From the NCBI GenBank assembly GCA_024626585.2, contig JANKJI020000001.1, forward strand, positions 2,022,653 through 2,051,256: a stretch of 28,604 nt of DNA. The letters run 5' to 3'. Positions 1 to 11,657 of the stretch are shown here, piece by piece. The translations under genes were made by a program, and so were the position numbers. The notes below the pieces were generated by a model. The model was given only the letters and a program-made list of their open reading frames with translations, did no database searches and was not told the origin of the DNA. Source of the DNA: Ginkgo biloba (lineage: Eukaryota; Plantae; Ginkgophyta). Each line of letters opens with the position of its first letter. Within the stretch, counting starts at the first letter, position 1.

Positions 1-13
1 TTCCACATCAATT

Positions 14-600
14 TTATGAATAAAATATTATCTTTTTATAATTTTGTATCTCTCTCGTGCTATCAATTTTATGTTCTTTTGAGATCTCAACGTGTGGTTC
101 TTTTGCCATTATTGTATATATCGCTTGTGTTCTCTTGTTCATGAGATTTAGCAGATTAACATACAACTCAAAGTATTCACTCGAAGAACATGAAGGGGAC
201 TCACAAGAGACTTTTTGCGAAGGATACACTATTCCCATCCACCAGTAGTGAGTTCTTAGCAAACTCATTCCTTCAACGTGTGTTTGTGGTATGATTTTAC
301 TCACCCCAAACTGTTATTTTCTATAGCGTTACTTCATACCACCAACACATATCCAAACCTTCATCATTTTGAATGAGGAGACTAGTTTATTACATTTCTC
401 TATCTCACCAACTCTTTGCTAACTACCTAATTTCCATGGGGTAAGTCGTTGATTTGGAAGAGAAGATTTAGACGAAATCTCTAGAACTCTTACAATGATT
501 ATGTGATGTTGAGATCAATAAACAAGTCTCGTTTGCATTTTAGGAATCAAATGAGTACTCTTTATTTTGGATAATGATAACATATTTGGGAATGCTTGTA
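14..600 (-). mobile_element. Highly decayed Ty3/Gypsy pol remnant (integrase zinc-binding region, possibly end of RNase H)
   Basis: The minus ORF contains THVEG..LRTHYWWMGI...CESPSC, resembling the integrase H2C2 motif H.G....LR..YWW.GM.....C..C. Confidence 0.5.
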
Positions 601-2639
601 GGTTTCAGAAGCTTAGAGATTACTATTTGAGACTTTGTCATTCAAACTCATCCAAACAAGCTTTTGGCTTGGGCTATTCAACATAAAAACCTTAAGGATG
701 GTGACTGTCCACTCAAACCCTTTTGCTATGCCCCAACACATGCTTACATTTTGTTGTCGTCGAAAGCAATTTTTGAGAATTTATGGAATATGTATATGTG
801 GAAAGGCAAGGTTAAAAAAAATTGAACTAGAAGTTATAACAATGCCCATGGATGATAAAAAACAGTCAATGGGATTGAAGGCCTACAAGCATATAAAACA
901 TCCAGAAATTGTTGTTGACATCCCTATTCGACAAAGAACATTAGAATAGATCAAGACAAAAGGAAAGAGGAGTGTGATGGACAATGTTATTTTACTAGGC
1001 ATATCAAAGGAGTGTGAAAGTTTCCTTGAGAATATGATGTACCAACTTGGTAGGAGGATGAAGGAATGACCTTCAAAAGCGTTGCGGAAGTGATTTTGAA
1101 TTAAATCCAAGGGGATAATCAATTCTGTAATTGCCTGCACTCTCTATTCACAGGATTATAGCTTTCTGTCCTCTTGTACTGTCAATTCAACTCTCTGTAC
1201 GACCAATCCTTGCAATACTGTGTAAGTGCGTGTTGTTGCAGACAATACCGTGTTTGTGCACGCCTCTGTAGCATGCAGTATCACGGTATTGTGTTTGTGC
1301 ACGTTCTTGGAGCGTGCTATGATGCAGTACTGTGCGCGCTTGCATGGTATGACCTGCAGAAGCCGAAAGCGATGAACAGAGAATTGGAAAACCTTGCATC
1401 CTTACACAATTTCCAAGACAACGATTCGTGCCTGCCTATTGAAGCTGCCAACACCTACACAATATACAAGCAGATACTCTATGCACTATATGATTGGACC
1501 ATAAGATCTTTAGCACAATCTTACACAAAATTCCAAGCAAGATAAAACATAAGCTTCACAAAGTTAGTTGGACAATAAATAAAAGCTCTCTCTATTAATC
1601 CACAATATGCTACGCACAAATCTCGATACTTGGGAGCAAAGAGATTACAATTACAATGACCCAAAAGGNNNNNNNNNNNNNNNNNNNNNNNNNNNNNNNN
1701 NNNNNNNNNNNNNNNNNNNNNNNNNNNNNNNNNNNNNNNNNNNNNNNNNNNNNNNNNNNNNNNNNNNNAAATAAATTTGACAAGAAAGTCTTTGTAAATA
1801 ATTGTCTAAAACAAAATACATTTAGAGATTCCAAATGGAAAGAGGTATCAACAACAGGAGGAGACCTAAAAGCAATATGCTTCTTTGGAAGATAACCAAT
1901 AAGATTCTTTTAATCTAGGATCATTTTCTAGATTAGGAAGTTCAACGCCCTTTTATTTGTATGGTTTGTAAGGTAGAAGAAGAAAGTTGTTCTAAAGCCT
2001 AACTAATATAAACGTATTTGTTTGGGTTATTTTATATAGATAATTTCTAATGATAAACTACCCAAGTGTTGATACTCTACGACGTAATTAGTGCTTCATG
2101 TTTCATTTTATTTCTGCTCTAAAGATGGATTGACACATCAAAGCCTTGAAGCATAGTTACACTTATGCCTAAAGTGGTGACGAAAATGGAATGACAATAA
2201 TGGTGGTTTATTTTTACTCTTAAGCATGTGGCAGAGTAGCTCTAAGATGGCAAGGAAATTGACTTTAAACTCTTTTGAGAATTGTTGTTTTAAAGCTTTT
2301 ATTAGACACGAACATCGTAATGAATGACAATCAAAGCTTAGAGATATAGAAGAGGAGAAATGCACAAAGTGATCCAGGTAAGATCTAATAAAATAAGAAG
2401 AGTTGACTTCATTTGATAGTGGCAAAAGAGGGCCAACAAGAGCAAACACTACTGGAAAAATACCAAATGTTAATGCCACTTAGTGCTGACCAATTTATGA
2501 ATTTTGATCTCCAATTGCCAAAACCCACAAGATGATTACAAGCTAACCTCCAAGGAAAGGTAGCTTTTACACAGAAATTACTTTATTGTATGGAAAAGTA
2601 ATTAAATTAGAGTAATCAAAGAAGACAAATAGAGATAAT

Positions 2640-3024
2640 AAGAATGCAATAAACTCCTTGAACAAAGGGAATTGCCCATGTAAAAGATGAACTCTCCATT
2701 AACCAGTATGGTAGAGTACAATGGGATTTTGTTGACTTTATGCTGAGAGTTGTACGTTTTTTGAGATAGATTTTGTAGATTTGTACAAGTACTCATTAAC
2801 AACACCTCAACAAGAGTTTGTGCAATTGAAGAATTTTTGATGGCATTTGGTTGTAGATATCAATTAGATAAGGCAACCCTTTGGCCCCTTCGTTATTTGT
2901 TATTGCAGCTATTGTGATTAGTTATTTACTTAATGATTGTAATGGTCTAGTTATCCAAGGGATTACTCTTCCAAATAATAACTCTCAATTGCTAAATGAC
3001 CATTTTGTAGATGATTCAACATTG
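2640..3024 (+). mobile_element. L1-type LINE reverse transcriptase fragment (pseudogenised)
   Basis: AINSLNKG, YGRVQWDF, then IR*GNPLAPSLFVIA...IQGITLP...HFVDDSTL. These match L1 RT motifs YDRV.W.F, IRQG.PL.P.LF and FADD. Confidence 0.85.
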
Positions 3025-3959
3025 NNNNNNNNNNNNNNNNNNNNNNNNNNNNNNNNNNNNNNNNNNNNNNNNNNNNNNNNNNNNNNNNNNNNNNNNNNNN
3101 NNNNNNNNNNNNNNNNNNNNNNNNACTTGAATTCTTCCTTTAAAGTACTTTTTTTTTTTTGTAAAGATTTGGTTATATTAATTAGAAAAATTACATATAG
3201 TTACATCAAAATTAGGTGGCATTAGGAACACCCACTAAATCACAAATGGAACTTATAAACTATACCAAGGTCTAAGAAATAACATCATAACATCCTTACA
3301 AACTATAGATAAGAGAGAAAATAATAGATCTTAAATAGGAGGGACAAAGAAATCAAGATCTGGGTCTCCCCAACTATCCCATCCAATTTTTTTACAAATT
3401 TATCCCTTAGAGGGAAGGATGGAGTAGATGAATTATAAATATGTCCCCTTTTTCNNNNNNNNNNNNNNNNNNNNNNNNNNNNNNNNNNNNNNNNNNNNTT
3501 ATTTTTAGGAGGGTAGCTAGGTGTCGTGGGACCCCTTCTTCCTCTACCTATCCATGGAATCTTTCTCCTGCTCTTGCTCCTAGACCTTCTTCTATCTTTA
3601 TTGTCTTTAGAAGGCTCCTTACTCATTATATAAGGGGAATAACCCTAATGGTAAATCAACTCCATTAACTATACCAATTCCAACTATATTTATCGTCCTA
3701 ATAGTAATGACATAATAAATAAAATGGTTAGTGACCAAGTTGCAATGATATATTTCAACATTATTTGAAAATGAACTTATTTCTAGTTTTTATATCTAGG
3801 CATGACTAAGGTCCCAAGTTTCCTAATAGAGATAAGGCCTAATTAATGGGTACTGAGAGATAGGATGGGAAAATTTTTGGACCCAGTTTTAGAGGTATTG
3901 GTCTCAGATACACCACTAGAAGAGGAAAGATATGGTTTCAAGCCTCTTATAATAAGGAT

Positions 3960-4200
3960 AGTCAGTTGTTCCCATGCCCATTTTGGCAAGCCTTAGAGTA
4001 GGATTTTGAATAAATGTAAATACCAAGTTGGGATTTTGCATAAAAATGTAATCTAATGTTGATTAGGCAACTAATTAAGGTTGTCTCCAATAAAAGCTTG
4101 AAAAGGCTATAATGGTTAACATCAATTATAGTTAGCCTTTGCACATAACCATGAAGTAAGTTAGGAGTTGTGGCCTTCACAATAAAAGAAAAGGCTCATA
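3960..4200 (-). mobile_element. Decayed LINE post-RT fragment (possibly L2/CR1-like)
   Basis: Weak resemblance of QRLTII...YS..LLLET...KACQNGH to the LINE ORF2 region downstream of RT. Confidence 0.3.
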
Positions 4201-4800
4201 CTTAGCAACATAACATGAATTTTTGGTTATTGTGTGAATATTATGGTTTTGCTTGTTGTGCTCATTCAGTGGTTTTCATTGGGATCGAATTAGTTGTCAA
4301 AATATGCTCATAGTAACAAGAAAACAAAGTACACTACAAATGGAAATCTTTACAACAAGTTTTAGTGGATTGCTCAATACCATGGGACACTATATCCACC
4401 TAATGGGAGAAGGGTGAAAACAAGGGGCAAAATCCCATTAATGGGAAGGGCATAAAAGAGGACTATCATATACTCCTACTTAAGAAAAACCTATCAACTT
4501 AAAAGGTGGCATTTTAGCAATATCAATTATATAAAACAAAAGGTGCTTCATCACTACAAGGCATCAAAGTTGAATTTGATCATTATACCATCTTCAAGTA
4601 AAGATCAATTACTTAATGTGCAAACTGATTCCATTGCAAGTTCGCATGCAAATTAAGAAGGTGGTAGAGACCAAATTGGGTCGCACATTCATTTACATTG
4701 AATGATATGCTCCTAATAGCCTATAACCATAAATTAAAGATATCACATCTTTTGAGAGGTACGAGTTCAAAGCAATGACACATGAAAAGAAGATCAAGTG

Positions 4801-5110
4801 TGTCACAACCTGGGAAACCTTAGTCCAAGCGTGGTCAAAAGGTTAGTGAAATTTGGTCAACGGGCTTGGAAAACCCTATGAGAATCTCTAATACATTAAA
4901 TTAGGTCTAAGGAGGCTAAAATACCTTTAATTGTCTCAAAGAAGGTTAAAAAAGGTTAATTGGGAGTTAAGCATGTTAATAGTGAAGTTGGCAGCGAATA
5001 ATGGTGGTGGGACCCTTAGAAGGGCTAAAAACAGGTCAAACGGCTAAAATAGCCTACTGTAAACCCTAGTGCCATCCCTTAAGGGATAGTTTGGCAGTTT
5101 TGCAAAGAAA
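4801..5110. mobile_element. Probable LTR fragment
   Basis: Begins TGTCACAACC, a typical plant Gypsy LTR terminus, with a compositional shift; truncated by a gap. Confidence 0.45.
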
Positions 5111-5487
5111 NNNNNNNNNNNNNNNNNNNNNNNNNNNNNNNNNNNNNNNNNNNNNNNNNNNNNNNNNNNNNNNNNNNNNNNNNNNNNNNNNNNNNNNNNN
5201 NNNNNNNNNNGATGGCAACTGTAGTGATGGAAAAAATGTCCATGTTGTTAAGCAATTATTTGTGATCTTTTCTTATTTTATATTCTTATCATGGGAGATT
5301 TATCAAGGATGTTTTGAAGACTAGACTACTCATCAATTTGCTGAAATAGAATGCTTCATGTCTCAAAACAACTATGAAGGATGGAAAGACATCTTAACAT
5401 CGCCACCAGTTCCTATAATGCCAATTGTCAACAAACCTTTTATTATAGTTGTTGAGAGACTAATAGAAGAGTCTAGGTCTCTCTCTC

Positions 5488-5544
5488 AATAAATTATTGG
5501 GGCAAAAAAGTATTGGGTAAGGAATAAATTATTGGGGCAAAAAA
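5488..5544. repeat. Perfect 22-nt direct repeat (aataaattattggggcaaaaaa) with a 13-nt spacer
   Basis: Copies at 5488-5509 and 5523-5544. Confidence 0.9.
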
Positions 5545-5613
5545 TAGATGATAGACAACAAGCATGACATGTTAACTGAGTGATCATAACCATAGTTGGA
5601 TAATTTTAGTGTA

Positions 5614-5639
5614 CACACACACACACACAATCACACACA
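5614..5639. repeat. Interrupted (AC)n microsatellite
   Basis: acacacacacacacacaatcacacaca. Confidence 0.85.
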
Positions 5640-6505
5640 ATCGTTGACTTTATCAATATTGCTTATGGATAATTCAAAATGGAGAATTCATTTGAATATA
5701 AACTAGTAAAGAATGTTGATGACATGATAATAAAGGGGTAGGCAGCAAATATAATTGTACTGTATATTTTGGTCAAGCACTGAAGCCCACTCAAAGACCA
5801 TCGTAGATTTACTCAATTGAGACATATCAAGATATCCAAGGAAAACAAATCAGGAAAGAACATGACATGTTTGTTATGTGAGATTTTATATTTTCATCTG
5901 GCTTCAACTTATCGACTATTGTTAATTCATATTACACATGGTGGTGCTTCAAACTTGGTAGTATTTCACACCATAGCCAAGGACATCTTGTTGCCAATGC
6001 TTTGTTTTGTTGAATTTGCATTGCTGCTTGGGGGTAATTCTAGTTAAATGCATTTTTCTCTAGATAAGCAATGCATGGATAAGTGTTTAGTCTGCATTGA
6101 AAAGGAGANNNNNNNNNNNNNNNNNNNNNNNNNNNNNNNNNNNNNNNNNNNNNNNNNNNNNNNNNNNNNNNNNNNNNNACCTTACTAATTTGGTGTGATG
6201 GTTAGCAGAAGGGTCTGTTGCACCTTACTTCACTTATTTGTTCCTGAAATGATTATGCTACTTTGGTGGTATAATAAGCAGGTTTTTTATTGGAGTTGTT
6301 CTTGGTAGTTAAATTATCTGATGGTTTTGGTCATCTTTGCAAGAATGAAGATTAGATGCTTTACTGTACAGTTGAGACGATGAATACATGCCCGCGTGTG
6401 TTTAAATGTATGTTTGGTTGCTAGTGATTAAAAATTATGAGAGGACTAATNNNNNNNNNNNNNNNNNNNNNNNNNNNNNNNNNNNNNNNNNNNNNNNNNN
6501 NNNNN

Positions 6506-6559
6506 AATCAGCATTTACTGCTCTGCACCCTGTTGATTGGAAATTCCTTAGCCATGGAG
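6506..6559 (+). CDS. CBSDUF exon (5' part hidden in gap): NQHLLLCTLLIGNSLAME
   Basis: Direct translation after the 6451-6505 gap; GT donor at 6560 (phase 0). Not in the ORF track. Confidence 0.93.
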
Positions 6560-6671
6560 GTGTGTAGAGAGCCTTTGATAATTTCACTATGATTCAAATG
6601 AAAATATATCTGAAATATTTATTCTCACATGATGGCTTTAAATTGGTTGATTGTTGTTATTCTCTAATCAG

Positions 6672-6749
6672 GCTCTTCCAATTTTTCTGGATTCGTTAGT
6701 TGCTGCCTGGGGGGCTGTATTAATATCTGTCACTTTAATTCTTATGTTT
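6672..6749 (+). CDS. CBSDUF exon (3' end in gap): ALPIFLDSLVAAWGAVLISVTLILMF, DUF21 transmembrane segment
   Basis: Acceptor ctaatcAG at 6670-6671 after a 112-nt intron; runs into the N gap at 6750, where GE would follow. Confidence 0.95.
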
Positions 6750-7496
6750 NNNNNNNNNNNNNNNNNNNNNNNNNNNNNNNNNNNNNNNNNNNNNNNNNNN
6801 NNNNNNNNNNNNNNNNNNNNNNNNNNNNNNNNNNNNNNNNNNNNNNNNNNNNNNNNNNNNNNNNNNNNNNNNNNNNNNNNNNNNNNNNNNNNNNNNNNNN
6901 NNNNNNNNNNNNNNNNNNNNNNNNNNNNNNNNNNNNNNNNNNNNNNNNNNNNNNNNNNNNNNNNNNNNNNNNNNNNNNNNNNNNNNNNNNNNNNNNNNNN
7001 NNNNNNNNNNNNNNNNNNNNNNNNNNNNNNNNNNNNNNNNNNNNNNNNNNNNNNNNNNNNNNNNNNNNNNNNNNNNNNNNNNNNNNNNNNNNNNNNNNNN
7101 NNNNNNNNNNNNNNNNNNNNNNNNNNNNNNNNNNNNNNNNNNNNNNNNNNNNNNNNNNNNNNNNNNNNNNNNNNNNNNNNNNNNNNNNNNNNNNNNNNNN
7201 NNNNNNNNNNNNNNNNNNNNNNNNNNNNNNNNNNNNNNNNNNNNNNNNNNNNNNNNNNNNNNNNNNNNNNNNNNNNNNNNNNNNNNNNNNNNNNNNNNNN
7301 NNNNNNNNNNNNNNNNNNNNNNNNNNNNNNNNNNNNNNNNNNNNNNNNNNNNNNNNNNNNNNNNNNNNNNNNNNNNNNNNNNNNNNNNNNNNNNNNNNNN
7401 NNNNNNNNNNNNNNNNNNNNNNNNNNNNNNNNNNNNNNNNNNNNNNNNNNNNNNNNNNNNNNNNNNNNNNNNNNNNNNNNNNNNNNNNNNNNNNNN
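6750..7496. other. 747-N assembly gap, probably hiding the IIPQ...PISK exon of the CBSDUF gene
   Basis: The family-conserved segment between ILMF(GE) and LLDW was not found in readable sequence. Its placement in this gap is an inference. Confidence 0.6.
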
Positions 7497-7509
7497 TACT
7501 CTTGTTAGG

Positions 7510-8703
7510 CACTAGATCTCTCTTTCTCTCTCTTTGACAGAATTACATATTTACAAAATATACGAAATCGGACAGGAGGTCAGCTGGGCTCTGGCCCACT
7601 TCCAATGACCTAGAGGTCCAAGATTCCTTTAAGTACCGATTCTTTCTTACACTGTCTTCCTCAAAGACTACAGTGGTGCTTAACATGTTATCAAAATAAC
7701 AGTAACCAAAGTCTGTCACTAAGGCTACAATGGTATTCAGCATATTATTGGAATTACGATAATCAAAATTTGTCAAGGTCTTGGCTGCTTCATCTGTCAC
7801 CAGAGGAAGGCTGACTGAGTCATGTAGTAGATGCTACAAAATGCAGAGACGCTTGGCTCTTTTTGTGTCATTTTCCTTTGGCAGGTTCTTTTCCATACCG
7901 GGTGCCTGGCTTATGGTCCTATTCCGTGTCGGGCTTCTGGACTTGGTACTCCCACCCACTGTCATCAATATTCGTTTTATTTTCCTCAATGGTAGAAACA
8001 TAAGGATTCTAAGGTCCTGGCCGGACAAAGTTGGCCTTTTCTTCCTCAATGTTGATAACTTGCAGCTCATAGTGTGGGTCTTCCTTCACATATATTAGTA
8101 TGTGTTCCATAGAAGCAGCGTGATAAGGCTTCTCCCAACCGTTCCCTTCTTTTCTGTCATAGCAAAAGCAGAGTTATTTAAAGAATGTGGAAACTTGAAA
8201 CACATCTATCACTGCAGAATAATTATTTTGGAAATGTAAAGGCTTCCAAGCTGGGATGGTTTTGACTTGTTGGCTGGTTGAGGACTGTATTGTTTCTCAT
8301 ATCCCATTGGTGTTGATCATTGCTCCCCGGAAAAAGAGGTTGTTTCTGCCTTTCCATATCTGCCAGGGTATCTCATGCCAGATTAGATTCCAGATGCATT
8401 GTAAGATCAGAATGCCGTGGTGATAATCTCTTTCCCATGAGTTCCAGTGTGTGAGCTGCCAAATACACCACCTTGCAAATCCTTGACAAGAGTCCCCGAT
8501 GGCTTCACGGAAGTCCTTGAAAAGTGTGAAAGCTCTGGTCCAAAGTGATTTGGCTAAGCTGCAGTCCCAGAGCAGATGGTCCCCAGTCTCTTCGCAGCTA
8601 TGACAGACTGGGCAAAAGGTAGGGCCTTGTTATCACCCGGGACTGTTTGTCGATTGTAGCTATTCTTCAGATGATAATTCTAAGCACTTTGGCCCTGTCA
8701 CGA
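7510..8703 (-). mobile_element. L1-type LINE 3' portion (ORF2 zinc-finger C-terminus plus ~0.8 kb downstream)
   Basis: Minus frame ~8630-8296 reads GPTFCPVCHSCEETGDHLLWDCSLAKSLW...IWHEIPWQIWKGRNNLFF, the zf-RVT and W.IWK.RN..F motifs. It ends near a GA-rich tract at 7517-7535. Confidence 0.88.
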
Positions 8704-9181
8704 NNNNNNNNNNNNNNNNNNNNNNNNNNNNNNNNNNNNNNNNNNNNNNNNNNNNNNNNNNNNNNNNNNNNNNNNNNNNNNNNNNNNNNNNNNNNNNNNN
8801 NNNTAGGGGATTTAACTTTAATTTGGGCCAACCTGCTTAGCTAATTAATAGCATTAATTAGACGATAAAATGGTAAAATTTAGATATTAATTAATGACAT
8901 TAATTAAACATAAAATGGTAAGGGCTTAGCTAATTTTAGGTGTGTACACAAATTCTAAAACTTATATTAGTAACTCTTAATTAATACAACTTAAATTTTT
9001 AAACATAATCAAANNNNNNNNNNNNNNNNNNNNNNNNNNNNNNCTTCCCCCCCTGTTGAGGTCCCAGGTAACTCATCCCGTTCTCGTCCATGTTGAAGCC
9101 TCTCGTTCTTAGAGAATCAACATCTCTGCAAACTCGGAGGCTTCTTGCTCTCGTTCCCGTCCTTATTGAAAATGCTTCTTT

Positions 9182-9420
9182 GGTAGTAGGAGGAAGCAAC
9201 GCGTAGGTAGCAACGACTTGATGCATGCAGACAAAAACTCGCTAAAGAGAGGTGCAGGTATCAATGACGGAACCCAACCACAGAATGCCAAATGAGGAGT
9301 ATTTCAAAGTTTATCAGGCCTGAGGAGGATGTTTTTCTGTTTATCCTGGTAGTGGAAGGAAGCAACGCACAGGTAACAACGGCTCGATGTAGGCAGAAAC
9401 TCGCCAAAGAGAGACGCAAA
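9182..9420. repeat. Diverged ~75-nt direct repeat pair in an unclassified GC-richer repeat
   Basis: ggtagtaggaggaagcaacgcgtaggtagcaacgact...aactcgctaaagagag (~9182-9257) versus ggtagtggaaggaagcaacgcacaggtaacaacggct...aactcgccaaagagag (~9348-9420). Confidence 0.8.
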
Positions 9421-10249
9421 ACCGTTAGGTAGTACAAAACTGACAGGTAGCAGGGGTGATAGGCAAGAGAATCACGTTTGAGTAGAGAAACCACTGACTA
9501 AAAATCGTGTGTAGTTTTCTCCAATAGGTACCTTGCACTCTGAACCTGTGCGCCTTGCCCCTATGTACCACTGTGTTCCCTTGTGCACCCCGTCCTTGTA
9601 TGCCCCTGTGCACCCTATCTCTTCTCAGTGGTGAGCAAACCGATTCTCATCAACAATAGCAGCAACAACAACAACGACCTTCCCACGGATTCACGAAGGA
9701 AAACGTCTCGTTTTTAAAGGAAAAATGCCCAGAAATTGTAGTACAGAGGCTCGTTTCAACACAGGGGGAAAACCACTAGGAGGTAAAGAGATTTTTTCTT
9801 TAAAGTCCAAAACCGAAATCGCTATATCACAGTCTCATGGAAATTGAGGAATCATGCAAAATAGGAGATGCTAGAATCTACAGTCCCTCGATGTCCCCAT
9901 TGGAATTTAACCCCCTGAAAGATGTGTCTCTTTGGGTTGCCCAAATTAAAACCTCCTGACTGCTGTTGAGGAGCTCCAGGCCAGAGTCACGGTACTGGAA
10001 ACAAAAAATTCACAGCTGAAACAACAACTCAACACCTTGTAGATTCCCACACCTCCAAACCTCTAGAGGATATTGGTGCTCTTCACAACGAAGTGNNNNN
10101 NNNNNNNNNNNNNNNNNNNNNNNNNNNNNNNNNNNNNNNNNNNNNNNNNNNNNNNNNNNNNNNNNNNNNNNNNNNNNNNNNNNNNNNNNNNNNNNATAGA
10201 AGAGATTACAAAAGGATAGAATTAGAAGAGTAGAGAGAGAATATTGATA

Positions 10250-11270
10250 ATTGGGGTTCATAGCACACATACCTTAATTTTCCTGATCTTTCTTACTATA
10301 ACAATCAGAGTCACCCGTTTTCTAATGCCCATCTCGTGTATATATATATCTTGCTTCTAACATTTTGTCAATCTCTGCTTTTACTTGTTCCTTGTAGTAG
10401 GGATTGATTCTATATGGTCTTAGCCTTTTGGGCTTTACGTCTCCTACCAACTCGATATGGTATTGTTTGAGTTTCAAGGGGAGTACCTTTTAAGTCCTCA
10501 TACAACCTTGCAAATACATATTAATACTCTTGGAATATAACAGTTGCTTGAGTAATTGTGGGGATGTCCCAATAGTCTCCCATGGTGATGTGACGATGGT
10601 TTTCTACGGTGCCAATGCTGAGTTTTTGGGTTTTCAAATCTTCAAAATGTACAACCTTTTTATCTGAAGTTAATGTGTGTGCACCTGTTTTATCAATCTG
10701 ACGATCACCATATTCCACTTTCGAGAAGCTTTCTGGGAATTGTGTTTGAATGGCAGGAGTTGGAACTAAATCATTTGGTGGAATTTCTGGTTTTGATCAT
10801 TGCCCATCCTTGGAGTGCAAGTCGTTGATCATTGACATATTGTAACATTGCAAAAATTGTAATTTTTGAGTGATATCAGTTGTAGCTTTATGATGCCTAG
10901 TGTTGTGATATGCTAGGAAATTCTTCTTTACTTCAGTCTATGTAGTCTTTTTTAATGTCTTTTGTTTACAAAACTAGTCATACGTTGGCATTGGAAGTGA
11001 ATGTGCCCAATGATGAATCAATGCTTCAAAGTGGTATGCTGAAATTTTTCCATATCTGCATTCATTTCATAAGATGCATTTCAGTAGTTGATCATGAATC
11101 ATAAAGTGGGCAATGACGATTGCTAGTTGTTGATATATCAAAGCTCAAAGCAATGACGCAGCTGGGGCCAATCCCAAAATTCTCTGTGGCATGTGAAATA
11201 CCAAGTGGAAGCAAGGCCTTCCAAGTTCAAGGGAAACATTGACATCCACTTTTGTGTTTCCACAAGTGGT
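10250..11270 (-). mobile_element. Internally deleted Ty3/Gypsy element: gag fragment plus RT N-terminus
   Basis: Gag: KWMSMFPLNLEGLASTWYF...DWPQLRHCF (~11140-11260). Pre-RT/RT: LSIGT..GDYWD..FQEY, HIELVGDVKPKRLRPYRINPYYKEQVKAEIDKMLEA, then IVIVRK..KVCV (~10260-10640). Confidence 0.85.
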
Positions 11271-11419
11271 TGTCCATCCATGTTTTAATGCAATGTAAAA
11301 CATGTTGCACGTTGTCTAGTTCGCCTAAGTATTTAGGAAGCTATGTCCATCCATGTTTTAATGCAATGTAAGACATGTTGTTGCATGTTGTCTAGTTTGC
11401 CTAAGTATTTGGGAAGTTG
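11271..11419. repeat. Tandem duplication, two units of 73 and 76 nt
   Basis: Units at 11271-11343 and 11344-11419, both tgtccatccatgttttaatgcaatgtaa...cctaagtattt(a/g)ggaag, with few mismatches and one 3-nt indel. Confidence 0.92.
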
Positions 11420-11657
11420 TTAAGTTATTTTGATGTATGGATTTTTTATTGCATCGATAAGAGCAATATCTTCAACTTCATGATCTCTTGAATCATTGTT
11501 TTCAGACAATATCTTTTGATATTCTTCTGATGAACTATCTTGTAAAAGCATGCACANNNNNNNNNNNNNNNNNNNNNNNNNNNNNNNNNNNNNNNNNNNN
11601 NNNNNNNNNNNNNNNNNNNNNNNNNNNNNNNNNNNNNNNNNNNNNNNNNNNNNNNNA

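Noticed and set aside
1174-1545. 123-aa Cys-rich ORF
   Set aside because: The Cys richness comes from TG-rich low-complexity sequence. It has a non-ATG start and no recognisable domain, and is likely repeat-derived.
3303-3626. RS-rich ORF (RRRSRSKSRR) suggesting an SR protein
   Set aside because: It is a short low-complexity frame spanning a gap inside repeat-like DNA, with no RRM or splice support.
5488-5544. Repeat-spacer-repeat pattern as a possible CRISPR-like array
   Set aside because: Only two copies with a 13-nt spacer in a eukaryotic intron context and no cas genes; it is a simple local duplication.
6651-7512. 285-aa and 256-aa ORFs in the track
   Set aside because: They are almost entirely N. 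Only 6672-6749 is real coding sequence.
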